Source: Gemmatimonadota bacterium (lineage in GTDB: Bacteria; Gemmatimonadota; Gemmatimonadetes; Palauibacterales; Palauibacteraceae). From it: DNA of 39,269 nucleotides. The notes beneath the pieces are model-generated. The model searched no databases, had not been told where the DNA came from, and saw nothing but the letters and a program-made list of their open reading frames with translations. The stretch is taken from contig JBDHMQ010000006.1 in the NCBI GenBank assembly GCA_039656095.1, positions 1-39,269 of the forward strand, written 5' to 3'. Shown here in pieces: positions 8,621 to 17,774 of this stretch (positions within the stretch are counted from its first letter, which is position 1; the number at the start of each line of letters is the position of its first letter). Made by a program: the position numbers and the translations under genes.

Positions 8621-10313
8621 GAGCGTCCTCCGCCACTTCCATCAGCAACTTGACGTCGGGATCGAGCGTTATACTCGCGACCTGACCTCGCGTTGGCACG
8701 CGCAATTCGTCCGTGCGGGACGTCAGCCACAGTCCGTGTCTCTCGACGTTCCCCGGCACCCACGTGACGTCAATGTCCAACCAGGCCCCTTGAAACGTGG
8801 GCCAGTCCTCTGCCTGGACCTGCTCGACCGTGATCACCGTCTCGTCACCGTCGGTCGTCACTGTCGTCGCCAGCTTGGGGAAGCCGGGCGAGTACGCCCA
8901 TTGCTCAAAGAACCAGCTCAGCTCACGGCCGGAGGCCTGTTCCATGGCCTGCCTCACGTCCTCCGTGTCGGCAACGCCGGTGGCATGATCGGAGTAATAT
9001 GTGCGGATCGCGCTGAAGAACGCGTCGTCGCCAATCAGCGTTCGCAGCATATGGAGGATCCAGCCGCCCTTGGGGTAACTGTTGGAATTCAGCAGTCCAA
9101 ACAGGTCCGGGCGTTCGTCCACGACCGGACGATTCGATGCTTCCGATCCGAGGATCCTCTGCCGGCCCCCGTCCATGGCCTGTCGCAGTGCATCTTCGCC
9201 GTCTCTCGCTTCCAGATACACGGCGGTGAAGTAGGTGGCGAACCCTTCGCTGACCCAGAGATGTGACCACTCGGCAGGAGTTACATGATCGCCAAACCAT
9301 TGGTGCACAGTCTCATGTGCGATCACACCTTCGCCCATCCGTTCCTCAGCCCAGCTGCCCATGGCGTAGAAAATCGCGCTCGAATTTTCCATTCCGCCGA
9401 ACTGCGTGGAGGATTGCACATGGGCGAGCTTCTCGTACGGATAGGGTCCGAACATTTCGGTATAGAAGTCCACCATGTCGGCCGCTCTTGTGAATCGTTG
9501 TTCTCCGTAGGCACCGCTGCCTGCTAGTGCCCAGATCGAGACCTCCGCGCAATCGCCATCCGACGCTGCAGGGGCTGCACCGCATGCTCCGTCACCGATG
9601 GTCGCCCGCTCGAACTTCGCCACGCCGATCACCAGCGTATACACCGGGATTTCCACGTCTGTGCGCCAGTGCCAGGTGTCACCATCCACCTCTACGAGTC
9701 GGCCGTTCGCGACGACGGAATAACCTGGTGGTACACGAACCGTAAAGGCTGCTGTCGCTTTGTCGGCCGGGTAGTCGTTACTGGGGAACCACCAGCGGGC
9801 CCGATTCGGCCAGTTGTCCGCAAACGCGGTCATGGTGCCGGCCGGATCCGGGCCGAAGAACAGCCCATCCTGCGGACGGCCACCGTAGAAGACTTCAATC
9901 GTCACAGAGTCGGAGAATGGAGTGCCGGGCTGGACGCGCAGAATTTCCGGCCCCTGCACGAAGGGCACCGGCACGCCATCCATCCGAACGGAATCCGCCT
10001 CGAGGCCCACGAAGTCGAGGTCAATAAAAGTCGCGGTTTGTGCGGGCCGTATGTTCAGACGAGCGACGGCCTGCATGACCGTATCAGCCAAACCCCGCAG
10101 ATCGATAGACAGGTCATAGTGGAGGACATCCAACCGAGCGCGCTCAATTGAAGTTCGGTGTTCGACACCCGGAACCGGGGCTGCATCAACCGGCGACACG
10201 CGGGGCAATGGATCGACCGAGGGACCAGGTCGAGTCTCAGGTTCCGGCTTGTTGGCGCAGGATGCGCTGAAGACGGTCACCAGCAAGAACAGAATCCAGT
10301 GTGAAGCAGACAT
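8613..10313 (-). CDS. M1-family aminopeptidase (aminopeptidase N-like), probable lipoprotein
   Basis: It has the GGMENSS exopeptidase motif, HETVHQWFG zinc motif (HExxH) and WVSEGFATY (distal Glu). The ATG at 10313 gives the signal/lipobox MSASHWILFLLVTVFSASC. The longest ORF starts at GTG 10370. Confidence 0.85.
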   Translation of the reverse strand: MSASHWILFLLVTVFSASCANKPEPETRPGPSVDPLPRVSPVDAAPVPGVEHRTSIERARLDVLHYDLSIDLRGLADTVMQAVARLNIRPAQTATFIDLDFVGLEADSVRMDGVPVPFVQGPEILRVQPGTPFSDSVTIEVFYGGRPQDGLFFGPDPAGTMTAFADNWPNRARWWFPSNDYPADKATAAFTVRVPPGYSVVANGRLVEVDGDTWHWRTDVEIPVYTLVIGVAKFERATIGDGACGAAPAASDGDCAEVSIWALAGSGAYGEQRFTRAADMVDFYTEMFGPYPYEKLAHVQSSTQFGGMENSSAIFYAMGSWAEERMGEGVIAHETVHQWFGDHVTPAEWSHLWVSEGFATYFTAVYLEARDGEDALRQAMDGGRQRILGSEASNRPVVDERPDLFGLLNSNSYPKGGWILHMLRTLIGDDAFFSAIRTYYSDHATGVADTEDVRQAMEQASGRELSWFFEQWAYSPGFPKLATTVTTDGDETVITVEQVQAEDWPTFQGAWLDIDVTWVPGNVERHGLWLTSRTDELRVPTRGQVASITLDPDVKLLMEVAEDAPR

Positions 10314-10591
10314 CCGGTGGAGAGTCGTCACGCGTCGTTCCTTGTGTTTGAGGGTTGCGGAAACATACACAGGGCCGTCATTCGGACCAATGAACGCCGA
10401 TAATTCGTTGCTCGGTGGGCAAGCCTTGAGTAAGTTTCTGGTGGTGGATGTGAGGAACGTTTTGAGCCAACGATTGGGTTACTAGCCTCTGATCTTCTGG
10501 CGGACGTCACGCCCTGCGGGGAAGGCGAAGACCCGGGAGGAAGGGCAACCGTCTTACAGCGGTCTCAAGAACCCCCCTCATGTCTGCTGTT

Positions 10592-10627
10592 GGGGTGATC
10601 CCTAGCGGGTCACCCCTTCTTTTTTCC
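10592..10627 (+). terminator. Intrinsic terminator hairpin inside the 5' leader of the PTPS/QueD-folE operon (attenuator or riboswitch expression platform)
   Basis: GGGGTGA(t)CCC-TAGC-GGGTCACCCC is followed by TTCTTTTTTCC. It lies on the + strand about 13 nt upstream of the GGAG RBS, with no + strand gene upstream. The C6 tract at 10572-10577 can pair alternatively with the 5' arm. Confidence 0.7.
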
Positions 10628-10649
10628 TGATCAAACTACGGAGATGGAC

Positions 10650-11063
10650 ATGGCAATCGCTCAAGTCACCCGGCGGGTCCATTTTTGTGCAGGCCATCGG
10701 CTTCATAACCCCGTGCTTGGGGATGAAGAAAACCTGGCGATCTACGGGGCCTGTTCAAACCCCAACGGGCATGGGCACAACTATGATCTCGAGGTCACCG
10801 TTGAGGGCGAGATCAATCCCGACGTCGGGTATGTAATGGATTTGCGTGCACTAAAAAAATTGCTGCACGATGTCGTGCTGGGCGACCTGGATCATGCGAA
10901 CCTGAACCAGGACGTCGCCTGGCTGGATGGGGTGATTCCGACGACAGAAAACCTGGCCGTCGCGATTTGGAATCAGCTGGTGGGTCGACTCGCAGGTCCG
11001 CGCCTGGTGAGTATCCGCCTCTGGGAAACGGAACGAAACTCGGTTGAATACCGCGGAGAGTGA
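10650..11063 (+). CDS. 6-pyruvoyl-tetrahydropterin synthase / 6-carboxy-tetrahydropterin synthase family (PTPS/QueD), animal-PTPS-like sequence
   Basis: 137 aa with [24 protein letters not shown] and [10 protein letters not shown] motifs, closely resembling metazoan PTPS ([13 protein letters not shown]). The ATG at 10650 is better spaced from the GGAG RBS than the ATG at 10644. Confidence 0.85.
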   Translation: MAIAQVTRRVHFCAGHRLHNPVLGDEENLAIYGACSNPNGHGHNYDLEVTVEGEINPDVGYVMDLRALKKLLHDVVLGDLDHANLNQDVAWLDGVIPTTENLAVAIWNQLVGRLAGPRLVSIRLWETERNSVEYRGE

Positions 11064-11065
11064 GT

Positions 11066-11653
11066 ATGTCTGACACGACAAATAATGGCGTCGATCTTAG
11101 TGGTGTAGAGTACGAAGAACTCGTCGCTGAGCAGTTACGACGGCTCGGACTCGATCTCGCTGCGGCGGGACTCGTGGGTACGCCCCGTCGCGTCGCAGAT
11201 TCGATGCAATGGATGACACGCGGCTATCGGACGACGGTTCGAGAGGCGATCGGAGATGGTGTGTTCGACGAGGAACACGATAACATGATCATCGTCCGAA
11301 ACATCGAACTGTATTCGCTTTGCGAGCATCACATGTTGCCATTCTTTGGCAAAGCTCACATTGCCTATATACCCAACGGCCGGCTTCTTGGTCTCAGCAA
11401 GTTCGCTCGAATTGTCGAGGTATTTTCGCGCCGTTTGCAGGTGCAGGAGCGGCTGACGGATCAGATCGCCACGGCCATTCAGGAAGCTATCGAACCGGAT
11501 GGGGTTGGTGTGGTTATCGAAGCCAACCACTTGTGCATGATGATGAGAGGCGTCGAGAAGCAGAATAGCTGTACGATCACAAGTGCTGTGCGCGGCCGGT
11601 TCCGTGCTGATCAGCGCACGCGGGACGAATTCCTCCGCCTCGCCCTGTCCTGA
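11066..11653 (+). CDS. folE: GTP cyclohydrolase I
   Basis: It carries the FolE signature [51 protein letters not shown]. The ATG at 11066 follows a GGAGAG RBS. Confidence 0.92.
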   Translation: MSDTTNNGVDLSGVEYEELVAEQLRRLGLDLAAAGLVGTPRRVADSMQWMTRGYRTTVREAIGDGVFDEEHDNMIIVRNIELYSLCEHHMLPFFGKAHIAYIPNGRLLGLSKFARIVEVFSRRLQVQERLTDQIATAIQEAIEPDGVGVVIEANHLCMMMRGVEKQNSCTITSAVRGRFRADQRTRDEFLRLALS

Positions 11654-11659
11654 ACCGAC

Positions 11660-12277
11660 GTGCGGCTTGAACTGACGGAGGTTTTGGCCTGTCCCGGCTG
11701 CGGACCTGATCACGGACTCATCGCGTTCGTCGATCAAATGGACGATCGTCGGATCGTGACCGGGCGACTGGACTGCCCGAATTGTGAACAACGACACCCG
11801 ATCCGGGACGGTGTCGTCTACTTGCATGGAGCTGACCCGGCCGATGTCCATGATTCCGACCTCACCCCCGGGACCCAAGATGTGGCAGAGTTGGCCGCTG
11901 CTTTGCTCGGCGCACCGACCGGGCCGGAACTACTTCTCGTCGGGCCTGGCCTGCCATCCGTAGCCAACTCGCTGGCCGACCTGCGGCCAGAAGCTTCCGT
12001 ACTTGCCTATGCAGATCCATCAGCCGAGCCGCACGAGCGGGTCTTCTGGATCGTTCCGATACCGGGCGCTCCGCTTCCGCTGCGCTCCGCTCGCCTGCAC
12101 GGGGCGGTGGTCATGGGGACTGCATCGATTGACCCGGCCGAAGCGGGGAGGATACTCGTGCCCGGTTGCAGGCTGGTGATTCTGACTCCCGAACCCGAAG
12201 CACCCGTGTTTTCACAGGCGGGCCCGGTGCGGGAATTGGCAGCTGACTCCCGGGCGTGGGTCGGAGTTCGAAGTTGA
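11660..12277 (+). CDS. Trm112-like zinc-ribbon domain protein with degenerate methyltransferase-like C-terminal region
   Basis: The N-terminus LACPGCG...LDCPNCEQRHPIRDGVVYL has a Trm112/DUF343-like CxxC...CxxC pattern. The C-terminus has weak SAM-MTase-like strands (LLLVGPG, RLVIL). It uses a GTG start. Confidence 0.5.
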   Translation: MRLELTEVLACPGCGPDHGLIAFVDQMDDRRIVTGRLDCPNCEQRHPIRDGVVYLHGADPADVHDSDLTPGTQDVAELAAALLGAPTGPELLLVGPGLPSVANSLADLRPEASVLAYADPSAEPHERVFWIVPIPGAPLPLRSARLHGAVVMGTASIDPAEAGRILVPGCRLVILTPEPEAPVFSQAGPVRELAADSRAWVGVRS

Positions 12278-12396
12278 ACATGAGAAGCCAGCGGCGCTTC
12301 TGAGGCGGCTTCGCGTTGCAGCCCTCCGAACGGTGGTCTAGTTTTCAAGCATCGTCGTCGTACAGTGACCTGAACCCTGCGAGCCAGAACCGGGCT

Positions 12397-12696
12397 ATGC
12401 GCCTACAGACCCGAGCGTTCGCGATCGCCAGCGGCTACGTAGCCACGGCTGCCGTGTTCCTGGTTACCCTGCTGCTCCTGGTGGGCGGGTATTCCGTCGA
12501 ACAGGTGCCGTTCTTAAGAGCGGTTCTGTTCGGCTATTCCATTTCCGTACCGGGAGCATTCATTGGGGGCATGTGGGCCTATGCCTATGGTTTTCTGCTT
12601 GGTGCCTCCCTGGCTTTCGCCTACAATCTAGCCGTGATCCCACCTGCTCCACCGCCATTCGATTGGGACCTCGACGCCGGACCCGAGGAGGGCTGA
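12397..12696 (+). CDS. Small hypothetical membrane protein (3 predicted TM helices)
   Basis: The hydrophobic segments are AIASGYVATAAVFLVTLLLLVGG, LFGYSISVPGAFIGGMWAYAYGFLLGASLAFAY. The ATG at 12397 is preferred over the longer ORF start at 12316. Confidence 0.5.
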   Translation: MRLQTRAFAIASGYVATAAVFLVTLLLLVGGYSVEQVPFLRAVLFGYSISVPGAFIGGMWAYAYGFLLGASLAFAYNLAVIPPAPPPFDWDLDAGPEEG

Positions 12697-12699
12697 CCG

Positions 12700-13149
12700 A
12701 TGTCGATCTGGGATTTCTTTGCTGGACGAGAGGGGACGAGCAACGAGAGTCCTGACTACTATGCCGAGGGCATGGAACTCGCCTCGCAGGAGAGATTCCA
12801 TGAAGCCCTGACCTCATTTCGTCTGTCTCTCCGCGAAAGTCCGACGGACGTCGCCACGCTCGAACAGATGGCCATCGTCTACACGCGCATGGGAGTAACC
12901 GACGAAGCTGTAAAGATGTACCAGCGGGCCCTCGAAAAGGACCCTACGAGTGCTGGAGCGCACTACGGCATCGCGTTCCTGCTGTTGAATAAGGGCAGTG
13001 GAGATGAGGCGGTCGCCCATCTCGAGAGATTTCTTGAAACCGGTGGCGGTCTCCCTGGTACCGGACGCCACGTAGAGCACGCCAGACAAACCCTGGACGA
13101 GCTTCGGTCGGTGACCGATTCGGAGGAAAGCCCCGGCGATGGGTCCTGA
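12700..13149 (+). CDS. Tetratricopeptide (TPR) repeat protein
   Basis: 149 aa with TPR-like A/Y/L spacing (EALTSFRLSL..P.D...L..MAIVYTRMG...EAVKMYQRALEKDP..A.AHYGIAFLL). Confidence 0.7.
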   Translation: MSIWDFFAGREGTSNESPDYYAEGMELASQERFHEALTSFRLSLRESPTDVATLEQMAIVYTRMGVTDEAVKMYQRALEKDPTSAGAHYGIAFLLLNKGSGDEAVAHLERFLETGGGLPGTGRHVEHARQTLDELRSVTDSEESPGDGS

Positions 13150-15043
13150 CGCCGCCAGTCGTTACGCGGCTGGCCCGCACATCGATGACCTCTGCGGCGG
13201 CACACTCACCAAACTGTTCCTCAACAGTGCAGCGCGATATTCAGGTGCAGCCGCCTGCTGTCGGCTCCCTGACGGGCAGTGGGAAGAATTCAGCCGGGAC
13301 TCACTCGTCGAGCGCATCAGGGCTATCGCCTCCGGATTGCGCGAGGTCGGGTGTGTACCGGGCGACCGGGTCGCAATTCTCTCTCATACGCGGCTGGAAT
13401 GGGGTCTGACAGATTGGGCATCGCTCCTGGGACGCCAGGTCGTCGTTACGGTCTATCCCAATCTGCCGGCCGACCAGGTCGCTTTCATTCTGCGTGATTC
13501 TGGTGCCCGGCTCGTGTTTGCGGCAGATGTAGATCAGTTGGCCAAGATCGCCGAAATACACACTGAGCTCGACGATCTCGAAACGACGATCGTATTTGAT
13601 CTTGATGCCGACCGCGTAATAGGCAGCGACGAGACCGATCTGAACGTTCTTTCTTTGGATGAGCTCGAGTCTCTAGGCAGGTCTGGCCCCGGGTTTAGCA
13701 CGTTTGAGGAAGAAGCGCGCAAGATCCAATCGACCGATCTGGCCACGCTGATTTACACATCGGGAACTACGGGTACGCCGAAAGGCGTGATGCTTACGCA
13801 CGGAAATCTCGCTGCAAACGTGCGCCAGTGTGCAGCGGTTCTTCCTATCTCGGATACGGATTGTTGTCTGAGTTGGCTGCCGCTATCCCACGGATTTGAG
13901 CGGACGGTCGGGCACCTGTTGATGTGGTGCAGGGGTGCCAAGATCGCCTACGCTGAGTCCCCGGATACCGTCGCGCGCGACATGATTGAGGTGCGCCCGA
14001 CGCTGATCATTGCCGTGCCCCGCCTGTACGAAAAGTTCTTTGAAGCGGTCGAAGAGGCAGTAGCCAAGGGTGGAGCGGTGAAGCGGGCAGTGTTCGCGTT
14101 CACCCGAGTCATCGCTGCGAAGTATAGCGATCGTGCGGCACGCGGTAGAACGGTCGATCCGCTGACGAGGCTGGGCCATGCGATTGCTGATCGGTTGATG
14201 TTCTCCAGGCTTCGCGCGCGAACCGGAGGGCGGATTCGTTTCTTCATCAGTGGAGCGGCCCCCCTGTCGGCTGAAATCAACCGTTTCTTTTTTGCTTCCG
14301 GTTTGACGGTACTGGAAGGCTACGGCCTGACCGAAACGTCACCCGTCACCAACGTCAATCTTCCCGGGGACATTCGATTCGGTTCTGTCGGGCCGCCGGT
14401 TCCCGGGACAGAACTCACGATCGCAGATGATGGAGAAATTCTGTTTCGGGGTCCCCAGATAATGGAGGGTTATTACAACGCTCCTGAGGCTACCAGTGAG
14501 GCTCTGAGGTCAGACGGCTGGCTGCTCACCGGCGACATCGGGCAGATTGATTCGGACGGCTACCTGACGATCACGGATCGCAAGAAGAACATCATCGTCA
14601 CGGCAGCCGGCAAAAACATCGTGCCTGGAGCGCTTGAGGAGCGGATGGCAAGATCGCCGTTGGTTGAGCACGTGGTCCTGCTTGGCGATCGGCGAAAGTT
14701 CACGATTGCGCTGGTTGTCCCGAACCTCACTGCGTTGCGGGCGGCATTCCCAGACCGTCAACCGACGTTGGAGGATCGTGCGAGACTGTCATCTGAGCCC
14801 GAGATTCAGGCGGTGCTGGAGGCCGACATTCTGCCACGGGTGGCCTCATTCGCACGCTACGAACGGCCCAAACTGGTGGTTGCATTGCCCGAACCGTTTA
14901 CGATTGACAACGGACTTCTGACACCGACATTGAAGGTCAAGCGTCGGGCGGTCGGGGAGCGTTACGCCGATCTCATAGAGCAGCGCTTTGAGCAGGCTGA
15001 GCGCGAGTACGATACTGCCGACAGCATCAATGGCTATGGTTGA
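13139..15043 (+). CDS. Long-chain acyl-CoA synthetase (AMP-forming)
   Basis: 634 aa with IYTSGTTGTPKGVMLTHGNL, EGYGLTETSP and TGDIG...DGYLTITDRKK motifs. Confidence 0.85.
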   Translation: MGPDAASRYAAGPHIDDLCGGTLTKLFLNSAARYSGAAACCRLPDGQWEEFSRDSLVERIRAIASGLREVGCVPGDRVAILSHTRLEWGLTDWASLLGRQVVVTVYPNLPADQVAFILRDSGARLVFAADVDQLAKIAEIHTELDDLETTIVFDLDADRVIGSDETDLNVLSLDELESLGRSGPGFSTFEEEARKIQSTDLATLIYTSGTTGTPKGVMLTHGNLAANVRQCAAVLPISDTDCCLSWLPLSHGFERTVGHLLMWCRGAKIAYAESPDTVARDMIEVRPTLIIAVPRLYEKFFEAVEEAVAKGGAVKRAVFAFTRVIAAKYSDRAARGRTVDPLTRLGHAIADRLMFSRLRARTGGRIRFFISGAAPLSAEINRFFFASGLTVLEGYGLTETSPVTNVNLPGDIRFGSVGPPVPGTELTIADDGEILFRGPQIMEGYYNAPEATSEALRSDGWLLTGDIGQIDSDGYLTITDRKKNIIVTAAGKNIVPGALEERMARSPLVEHVVLLGDRRKFTIALVVPNLTALRAAFPDRQPTLEDRARLSSEPEIQAVLEADILPRVASFARYERPKLVVALPEPFTIDNGLLTPTLKVKRRAVGERYADLIEQRFEQAEREYDTADSINGYG

Positions 15044-15377
15044 GGCTGATGGCGCGGTCGTGGTCCTCGTGACAGGCCCGGACGAGAATACGTTGACTTC
15101 GATCGCTGAGCGGGTGGTCGGTGAGCGCCTCGCGGCCTGCGTAAACGTGGTCCCAGGGGTGCGATCCGTATACCGGTGGGACGATGACGTTCAGACTTCA
15201 CAAGAGGTTCTGGGGATAATGAAGACGACAAGGTCGGCCGTCGCAGATCTGCAACGCCGCGTGCTCGAATTGCATCCGTATGACGTTCCAGAATTCATTG
15301 TCATATCGGTCGAATCAGGTAGTCCATTGTACCTGGGCTGGGTCACGGACAGTATTGGGGCAGGAGGAGAGTCCTGA
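15030..15377 (+). CDS. cutA: Divalent-cation tolerance protein CutA
   Basis: The sequence VVLVTGPDE...ERLAACVNVVPGVRSVYRWDDDVQ...E..L.KT...L...V.ELHPYDVPE is the CutA1 signature. Its start overlaps the upstream stop. Confidence 0.85.
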   Translation: MAMVEADGAVVVLVTGPDENTLTSIAERVVGERLAACVNVVPGVRSVYRWDDDVQTSQEVLGIMKTTRSAVADLQRRVLELHPYDVPEFIVISVESGSPLYLGWVTDSIGAGGES

Positions 15378-16186
15378 TGGCTGGAACCAGATCGCGCAAG
15401 AAAGTGATATCTGAGGCATCGTTGTTCGACGAGGCGCCTGAGGAAGTAGGGGCAACGACTGAGCCGGAAGCCACGCTTGAGCCCGAGGCTGCAACCGAGC
15501 CCGAGACCGCAGTCGCGCCCGAGGCCATTTGTGAGCCCGAAGCCACGCCGTCAATTCCGCGCCCCGGTCTCCAGGAGCAATACCGGGAGGCGCGCCGGTT
15601 GTCCGACGCCGGCGAATTCAAGGAGGCCGTAGAGGCATATCTGGCCGTGTTGCGCCGCGATCCCACACACTTCAAAGCACGAAACAACCTCGGCTTCGTG
15701 TATGACAGCCTCGGACAGCCGGAGCGTGCCCTGGAGGAATACCGGGCGGCGCTGGAATTGCAGCCTGAGGACATTCGCTTGTTGAGCAATGTGGGAGCGC
15801 TGCTCGGAGAGATCGGACGATACGCTGAGGCAGAGGACGAGTTGCGCAAGGCGCTGCGACTCGAGCCTGACGACGCTGACGTACACCAGAATCTCGGACT
15901 CGTTTTCTATCGCAAGGGACTGTATCCGGCGGCCATGAACTCGCTGCGACGAGCTATCGAGTTGGCGCCCGATAACGCCATGGCACTGTTCTATCTGGGG
16001 GAATCGGCCAACCGGATCGGTCAGGTGGATACCGCAATCGAGGCCCTTGAGAGGTCGACCGAGTTGCAACCGGACAGCCCGCGGGCATTTCGGACACTCG
16101 GAGTTCTGTACGATCGACTGCAACAGCCGGAACGCGCCGCAGAGCTATACCGTAAAGCACGCGAACTGTCCAACCCCATAGAGTAG
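15377..16186 (+). CDS. TPR repeat protein with acidic TEPEA-type N-terminal repeat
   Basis: At least five TPR units (e.g. AVEAYLAVLRRDPTHFKARNNLGFVY, ALEEYRAALELQPEDIRLLSNVG) sit after the N-terminal EPEATLEPEAATEPETAVAPEAICEPEA tract. Confidence 0.8.
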   Translation: MAGTRSRKKVISEASLFDEAPEEVGATTEPEATLEPEAATEPETAVAPEAICEPEATPSIPRPGLQEQYREARRLSDAGEFKEAVEAYLAVLRRDPTHFKARNNLGFVYDSLGQPERALEEYRAALELQPEDIRLLSNVGALLGEIGRYAEAEDELRKALRLEPDDADVHQNLGLVFYRKGLYPAAMNSLRRAIELAPDNAMALFYLGESANRIGQVDTAIEALERSTELQPDSPRAFRTLGVLYDRLQQPERAAELYRKARELSNPIE

Positions 16187-16196
16187 TCCGTGCCCG

Positions 16197-17774
16197 TCAG
16201 CCGATCAGGTGCCGGACCAGTACGAGTGCGCCACCGATCCCTGCACCGAGTACGTAGCCCAGGCGCACGATGAGGTCGAGTTCCCGGTCGCTGACGGACC
16301 GGATAATTTTTTCGAGTTCTTCAAGCGGGAACTCGATGATCTTCTCCTCGACGCGGTCCGCCACACGAACCTTGGCGGCCACTTCCGGCACCTTGCTCGA
16401 AATCCAGTCCCAGACGGGTTCACTGAGCGCGTCTCCGATCCGGTCGACTGCGCCACCGTCCCCGTAGCTCGCCAGCGATCCAAGCGGCTGGTAGAGCAAA
16501 CGTTCGACGACGGCTCCGCGCGTGTCTGCGTACAATTTACGTCCCGTATCGGAAGACAGCCCTGATTCCAGCCAGCCCCCGACCTTATCCGACGGAATGA
16601 GCCGAACCAGGTCACCCCAACTCCGGTCCCGAAGCCGAAGGATGCCGCCCTCGATGCGATCGAGCAGAAACGTTCTGACTTCTGTGTCGTTTGCCGCGCG
16701 TGCCATCCAGGCTGCAAGAGAGTCGAGTGCCGACTGCACTCTTTCATCATCCGGAGCGCCTAAGACGTCGACGACCGGACGGCGCAGATACTCGACGATC
16801 GCCTCATTCACGCCTCTTGCCATGGCGCCCTGAATCTCGTTTTCGCGCAAAAGGTCGCCCAGCCGATCAGCTCCTTCGGCCTCAAGCGTATCAATAACTT
16901 TATCAACGGTGTCTTCGGTGATAATCAACTTTGCCACGACTCGCTGATGGAAGCGCAGGTCGCGCATGAACCGATCCAGCAGCTCGTGAATTGTCGTTTC
17001 TACTCGGGCTCTGGCCTTGGGATCTTCGAGCGTGCGGCCCAGTCGTTCCATTGCGATCGGCAAGTAATCTCCGATCGCCTTTTCGAGTGACCCAACGAGC
17101 ACCGGAGGGATGAGCTCTTCCAGTGAGCGCCCCGGCTCCAGGAGCTTGGTCGCCGCGCGTTCAAGATGCCCTCGTATCGCGGTTTCGAACGACTCGGAGT
17201 CGGCGAGCTGGTCGAGCCACACCTCTGCACGATTCCGCAGATCGGCCAGTCTCTCGGGCGGTAGAGCATCGGCGAGCGGCTCGGAGTCCAGCGCATCTGC
17301 CACTCGGGCGAGGACGCGCTCCGCTTCCGTCGCGAACACTTCCTCGCCCATGGAGCCGATCAAACGCGAATGTACGGTGTCCAACAAGGAACCGAGGAGA
17401 TCTCGCGCGTCTTCGAGAGCCGATTCAGAAAGGAGATCTGCCAGAGCAGGTTTTTCGTCCTCAAGAAGTTTCTTTACCAGCCCACGCAACTGGCTGTCGA
17501 ACGCCTCCCGAAGGCGCTCGTCCTGTAGTTCTGCGGCTACGTCTTCCGGAGACAGCAAGTGGGTTCCGATCGTGCGACCGATCGTACTGGCCATGCGTTT
17601 CCGGTTTTTCGGCACTGCCCCCTGTAGCCATCCAACCTTGCGGCCAAATATTCGAGGTGGCTCGTAAGGGTGAAACAACATGATGATCGCGATCCGGTTG
17701 GTGAGCCCGCCCGCCAGCGCACCGAATACGACAGTCAGGCCATCCCGAAGGAGGGCGAGTGTTGACGGATTCAT
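16197..17774 (-). CDS. DUF445-family membrane-associated protein
   Basis: 525 aa. The N-terminal GGLTNRIAIIMLFHPYEP motif and C-terminal TM helix (LGYVLGAGIGGALVLV) flank a long helical region, which is DUF445-like. Confidence 0.6.
   Translation of the reverse strand: MNPSTLALLRDGLTVVFGALAGGLTNRIAIIMLFHPYEPPRIFGRKVGWLQGAVPKNRKRMASTIGRTIGTHLLSPEDVAAELQDERLREAFDSQLRGLVKKLLEDEKPALADLLSESALEDARDLLGSLLDTVHSRLIGSMGEEVFATEAERVLARVADALDSEPLADALPPERLADLRNRAEVWLDQLADSESFETAIRGHLERAATKLLEPGRSLEELIPPVLVGSLEKAIGDYLPIAMERLGRTLEDPKARARVETTIHELLDRFMRDLRFHQRVVAKLIITEDTVDKVIDTLEAEGADRLGDLLRENEIQGAMARGVNEAIVEYLRRPVVDVLGAPDDERVQSALDSLAAWMARAANDTEVRTFLLDRIEGGILRLRDRSWGDLVRLIPSDKVGGWLESGLSSDTGRKLYADTRGAVVERLLYQPLGSLASYGDGGAVDRIGDALSEPVWDWISSKVPEVAAKVRVADRVEEKIIEFPLEELEKIIRSVSDRELDLIVRLGYVLGAGIGGALVLVRHLIG

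Noticed and set aside
11135-11878. 247-aa minus-strand ORF antisense to folE and the Trm112-like gene.
   Set aside because: It is a shadow ORF opposite a gene with a strong family signature (FolE), and it has no motifs or plausible start context. The same reasoning applies to the other long antisense ORFs: 8433-9266 (+), 15551-16123 (-), 17110-17683 (+), 22161-22868 (-), 23212-24135 (-), 24887-25477 (-), 31959-32597 (+) and 37400-38188 (+).
15455-15550. The PEA/TEPEA repeats here and at 4933-5100 as a possible non-coding repeat array or shared mobile module.
   Set aside because: Both are in frame within long ORFs of otherwise recognisable proteins. The two loci share amino-acid composition but no extended nucleotide identity, so they are low-complexity coding linkers rather than a dispersed repeat element.
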